Source: a virus
Lineage: Duplodnaviria > Caudoviricetes
Virus record (IMG/VR): IMGVR_UViG_3300028595_000032
Span: 1-37,394 of that record
Direction: 5' to 3' (one strand)
DNA length: 37,394 bases
Part shown: positions 34,029 to 37,394 of the stretch, piece after piece
How positions within the stretch are numbered: the first letter of the stretch is position 1
Layout: each line of letters opens with the position of its first letter
Position numbers and translations under genes: made by a program
Notes under the pieces: model-generated
Seen by the model: the letters and a program-made list of their open reading frames with translations, nothing else
What the model was told of the DNA's origin: nothing
Databases searched by the model: none

Positions 34029-36897
34029 GTGCAATCTTTATAAGCTATGGTCCCGGAGCGGTTTTTGAGTTTCGTATCGATAGCTATAGAGGCACGAAAA
34101 AACTGATTTTTTGCCTTTTTTTCGTGTTTTTAGATTTTACCTTCATTTTTTCGCAAGTCATTAATACTCATATGTTTGTAGACATTCGCCTTCATAAAGC
34201 TATTGCCTTTAATCCATAGCTAGAATTTTTTGTGCAAGCCATTGTATTACATGGGCCGGAGCGGTTTTTGAATTTTCGTATCGATAGCTATAGAGGCACA
34301 AAAAAACTGATTTTTTGTCATTTTTTCGTATTTTCAGATTTTGCCTGGATGTTTCCGCAAGCCTTTGATGGCTGTATATTTGCGAATGCCTGTCTCTGTA
34401 AAGTCTATGCCTTCAATTCATAGCTAGAATTTTTCGTGCAAGCCATTGTATTACATGGCCCGGAGCGGTTTTTGTGTTTTTGTATCGATAGCTATAGAGG
34501 CACAAAAAAACTGATTTTTTGTCATTTTTTCGTATTTTCAGATTTTGCCTGGATGTTTCCGCAAGCCTTTGATGGCTGTATGTTTGCGGATACCTGTCTC
34601 TGTAAAGTCTATGCCTTCAATTCATAGCTAGAATTTTTCGTGCAAGCCATTGTATTACATGGGCCGGAGCGGTTTTTGTGTTTTCGTATCGATAGCTATA
34701 GAGGCACAAAAAAACTGATTTTTTGTCATTTTTCCGTATTTTCAGATTTTGCCTGGATGTTTCCGCAAGCCTTTGATGACTGTATATTTGCGAGTACCTG
34801 TCTCTGTAAAGTCTATGCCTTCAATTCATAGCTAGAATTTTTCGTGCAAGCCATTGTATTACATAGGCCGGAGCGGTTTTCGAATTTTCGTATCGATAGC
34901 TATAGAGGCACAAAAAAACTGATTTTTTGTCATTTTTTCGTATTTTCAGATTTTGCCTGGATGTTTCCGCAAGCAGTTGATGGCTGTATCTTTACAGATA
35001 CCTGTCTCTGTAAAGTCTATGCCTTCAATTCATAGCTAGAATTTTTCGTGCAAGCCATTGTATTACATAGGCCGGAGCGGTTTTCGGATTTTTGTATCGA
35101 TAGCTATAGAGGCACTAGAAAGCTGATTTTTTGTCATTTTTTCGTATTTTCAGATTTTGTCTGGATGTTTCTGCAAGCCTTTAATGGCTGTATATTTGCG
35201 AATACCTGTCTCTGCGAAGTCTATGCCTTCAATCCATAGCTAGAATTTTTCGTTCAAGCCGTTGTATTACATGATCCGGAGCGGTTTTTGTGTTTTCGTA
35301 TCGATAGCTATAGAGGCACAAAAAAACTGATTTTTTGTCATTTTTTCGTATTTTCAGATTTTGCCTGGATGTTTCCGCAAGCCGTTGATGGCTGTATCTT
35401 TACAGATACCTGTCTCTGTAAAGTCTATGCCTTCAATCCATAGCTAGAATTTTTCGTGTAAGCCGTTGTATTACATGAGCCGGAGCGGTTTTTGTGTTTT
35501 CGTCTCGATAGCTATAGAGGCACAAAAAAAACTGCTTTTTTGTCATTTTTTCGTATTTTCAGATTTTGCCTGGATGTTTCCGCAAGCCTTTGATGGCTGA
35601 ATATTTGCGAATACCTGTCCCTGTAAAGTCTATGCCTTCAATTCATAGCTAGAATTTTTCGTGCAAGCCATTGTATTACATGAGCCGGAGCGGTTTTTGT
35701 GTTTTCGTATCGATAGCTATAGAGGCACAAAAAAACTGATTTTTTGTCATTTTTTCGTATTTTCAGATTTTGCCTGGATGTTTCCGCAAGCCTTTGATGG
35801 CTGTATGTTTGCGAATACCTGTCTCTGTAAAGTCTATGCCTTCAATTCATAGCTAGAATTTTTCGTGCAAGCCGTTGTATTACATGAGCCGGAGCTGTTT
35901 TTGTGTTTTCGTATCGATAGCTATAGAGGCACAAAAAAACTGATTTTTTGTCATTTTTTCGTATTTTCAGATTTTGCCTGGATGTTTCCGCAAGCCGTTG
36001 ATGGCTGTATATTTACAGATACCTGTCTCTGTAAAGTCTATGCCTTCAATCCATAGCTAGAATTTTTCGTTCAAGCCGTTGTATTACATGAGCCGGAGTT
36101 TTTGTGTTTTCGTATCGATAGCTATAGAGGCACAAAAAAACTGATTTTTTGTCATTTTTTCGTATTTTCAGATTTTGCCTGGATGTTTCCGCAAACCCTT
36201 GATGGCTATATGTTTGCGAATACCTGTCTCTGTAAAGTCTATGCCTTCAATTCATAGCTAGAATTTTTTGTGCAAGCCGTTGTATTACATGAGCCGGAGC
36301 GGTTTTTGTGTTTTCGTCTCGATAGCTATAGAGGCACAAAAAAACTGATTCTTTGTCATTTTTTCGTATTTTCAGATTTTGCCTGGATGTTTCCGCAAAC
36401 CTTTGATGGCTGTATATTTGCGAATGCCTGTCTCTGTAAAGTCTATGCCTTCAATTCATAGCTAGAATTTTTCGTGCAAGCCGTTGTATTACATGAGCCG
36501 GAGCTGTTTTTGTGTTTTCGTATCGATAGCTATAGAGGCACAAAAAAACTGATTTTTTGTCATTTTTTCGTATTTTCAGATTTTGCCTGGATGTTTCCGC
36601 AAGCCGTTGATGGCTGTATGTTTGCGAATACCTGTCTCTGTAAAGTCTATGCCTTCAATTCATAGCTAGAATTTTTTGTGCAAGCCGTTGTATTACATGA
36701 GCCGGAGCGGTTTTTGTGTTTTCGTCTCGATAGCTATAGAGGCACAAAAAAACTGATTTTTTGTCATTTTTTCGTATTTTCAGATTTTGCCTGGATGTTT
36801 CCGCAAACCCTTGATGGCTATATGTTTGTGAACGTCTACTCCTGTAGAGCCGTTGTCTTTAAGTCATAGCTAGGATTTTTTGTGCAAGCCGTTGATG
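34029..36897. repeat. Tandem array of 14 units of ~204 bp, probably non-coding
   Basis: Unit starts at 34029 (diverged), 34232, 34436, 34640, 34844, 35048, 35252, 35456, 35661, 35865, 36069, 36270, 36474 and 36678; a stub at 36882; remnants near 33725 and 33800. Confidence 0.99.
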
Positions 36898-36900
36898 TTA

Positions 36901-36997
36901 CCGGTCTTGCCTGGTCTTGTCTGGTCTTCCTGGTTACTGGTTCCTGGTCTTCCTGCTGGTCTTCCTGCTGGTCTTCCTGCTGGTCTTCCTGGTCTTC
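36901..36997. repeat. Degenerate CTGGTCTTC(CTG) tandem repeats
   Basis: Mix of 9-, 10- and 12-bp variants of the terminal unit. Confidence 0.93.
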
Positions 36998-37394
36998 AAT
37001 TGCTTAAAGATTTATTTGTTATGACCTTATTTAATCTATTGATTTTTTTAGTAATGTCGCCTAATTGTTTTCTATTAAAGCCGTTACAATCTATTAATCT
37101 CATTGCATTTTGTGTGATTTGAGTATATCGGCTTATGCTTTTTGTTATAATGTTGATCTCTGATATCTTGCTTAAATGAGTCTTGCTTGATTTTCTTATT
37201 ATATCGTTAATCGCCTTCATTTTTATTCTGTCAAGAAATAAACTTTCATACTGGTCTTCCTGCTGGTCTTCCTGCTGGTCTTCCTGCTGGTCTTCCTGCT
37301 GGTCTTCCTGCTGGTCTTCCTGCTGGTCTTCCTGCTGGTCTTCCTGCTGGTCTTCCTGCTGGTCTTCCTGCTGGTCTTCCTGCTGGTCTTCCTG
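36996..37394 (-). CDS. Hypothetical protein, 74 aa from ATG 37220; frame open to the window end as (QEDQ)12-YESLFLDRIK
   Basis: No stop between 37394 and the TGA at 36998-36996; no clear RBS before ATG 37220. Confidence 0.4.
   Translation of the reverse strand, partial: QEDQQEDQQEDQQEDQQEDQQEDQQEDQQEDQQEDQQEDQQEDQQEDQYESLFLDRIKMKAINDIIRKSSKTHLSKISEINIITKSISRYTQITQNAMRLIDCNGFNRKQLGDITKKINRLNKVITNKSLSN
37251..37394. repeat. Terminal tandem repeat (CTGGTCTTCCTG)x12, truncated by window end
   Basis: 12 perfect 12-bp copies. Confidence 0.99.

Larger units (their letters stand above)
1..37394. mobile_element. Temperate siphovirus genome, apparently in non-integrated form
   Basis: Integration, immunity, replication, packaging, head, tail and lysis modules; internal attP; no host genes. 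Confidence 0.92.

Noticed and set aside
34232-36869. Ten near-identical 63-aa ORFs as a multicopy peptide gene family
   Set aside because: GTG start preceded by a T-run with no RBS; three units lose the ORF (GTT at 35252 and 36069; GTG-TAA plus a 1-bp insertion at 35456); many differences change the amino acid; Phe richness simply mirrors T-tracts. Not strictly excluded without ribosome profiling.
34029-36897. CRISPR array
   Set aside because: Units are similar along their whole length with no unique spacers, and there are no cas genes.
36880-37122. 80-aa ORF with LPAG repeats
   Set aside because: Arises from the stop-free 12-mer repeat, lacks an RBS, and is antisense to the 74-aa ORF.
1-37394. 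N15-like hairpin-telomere plasmid prophage or Mu-like transposable phage
   Set aside because: No protelomerase, ParA/ParB or DDE transposase is recognisable, while a tyrosine integrase with a tRNA attP is present.

Overview
The window is an AT-rich, near-complete temperate siphovirus genome with a lambda-type terminase and portal. The host may be Desulfobacterota-like, which is a weak inference. Left to right: a (CAGGACCAG)14 terminal repeat; an attP core matching the 3' half of tRNA-Arg(UCG); a four-copy 143-161 bp repeat; int/xis; a CI/Cro switch; a D5/SF3 helicase and a separate CHC2-Toprim primase; terminase; an Ogr-like activator; a holin; a nested LamG protein; gpW; a lipoprotein-type endolysin; portal; an S49 protease-capsid fusion; a non-contractile tail module with a -1 frameshifted chaperone; and a three-gene membrane cassette. 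The right end has the least explained part: a tandem ribbon-helix-helix-like gene divergent from a promoter/leader that points into about 14 tandem 204-bp non-coding units, each with an IHF-like site and phased A/T tracts. The window closes with (CTGGTCTTCCTG)12, an inverted relative of the left-end repeat. The best candidates for something undescribed are this regulator + leader + 204-bp array + inverted terminal repeats module, and the two paralogous membrane proteins with MshEN-like tails. All protein calls come from motif recognition by eye; no database search was run.
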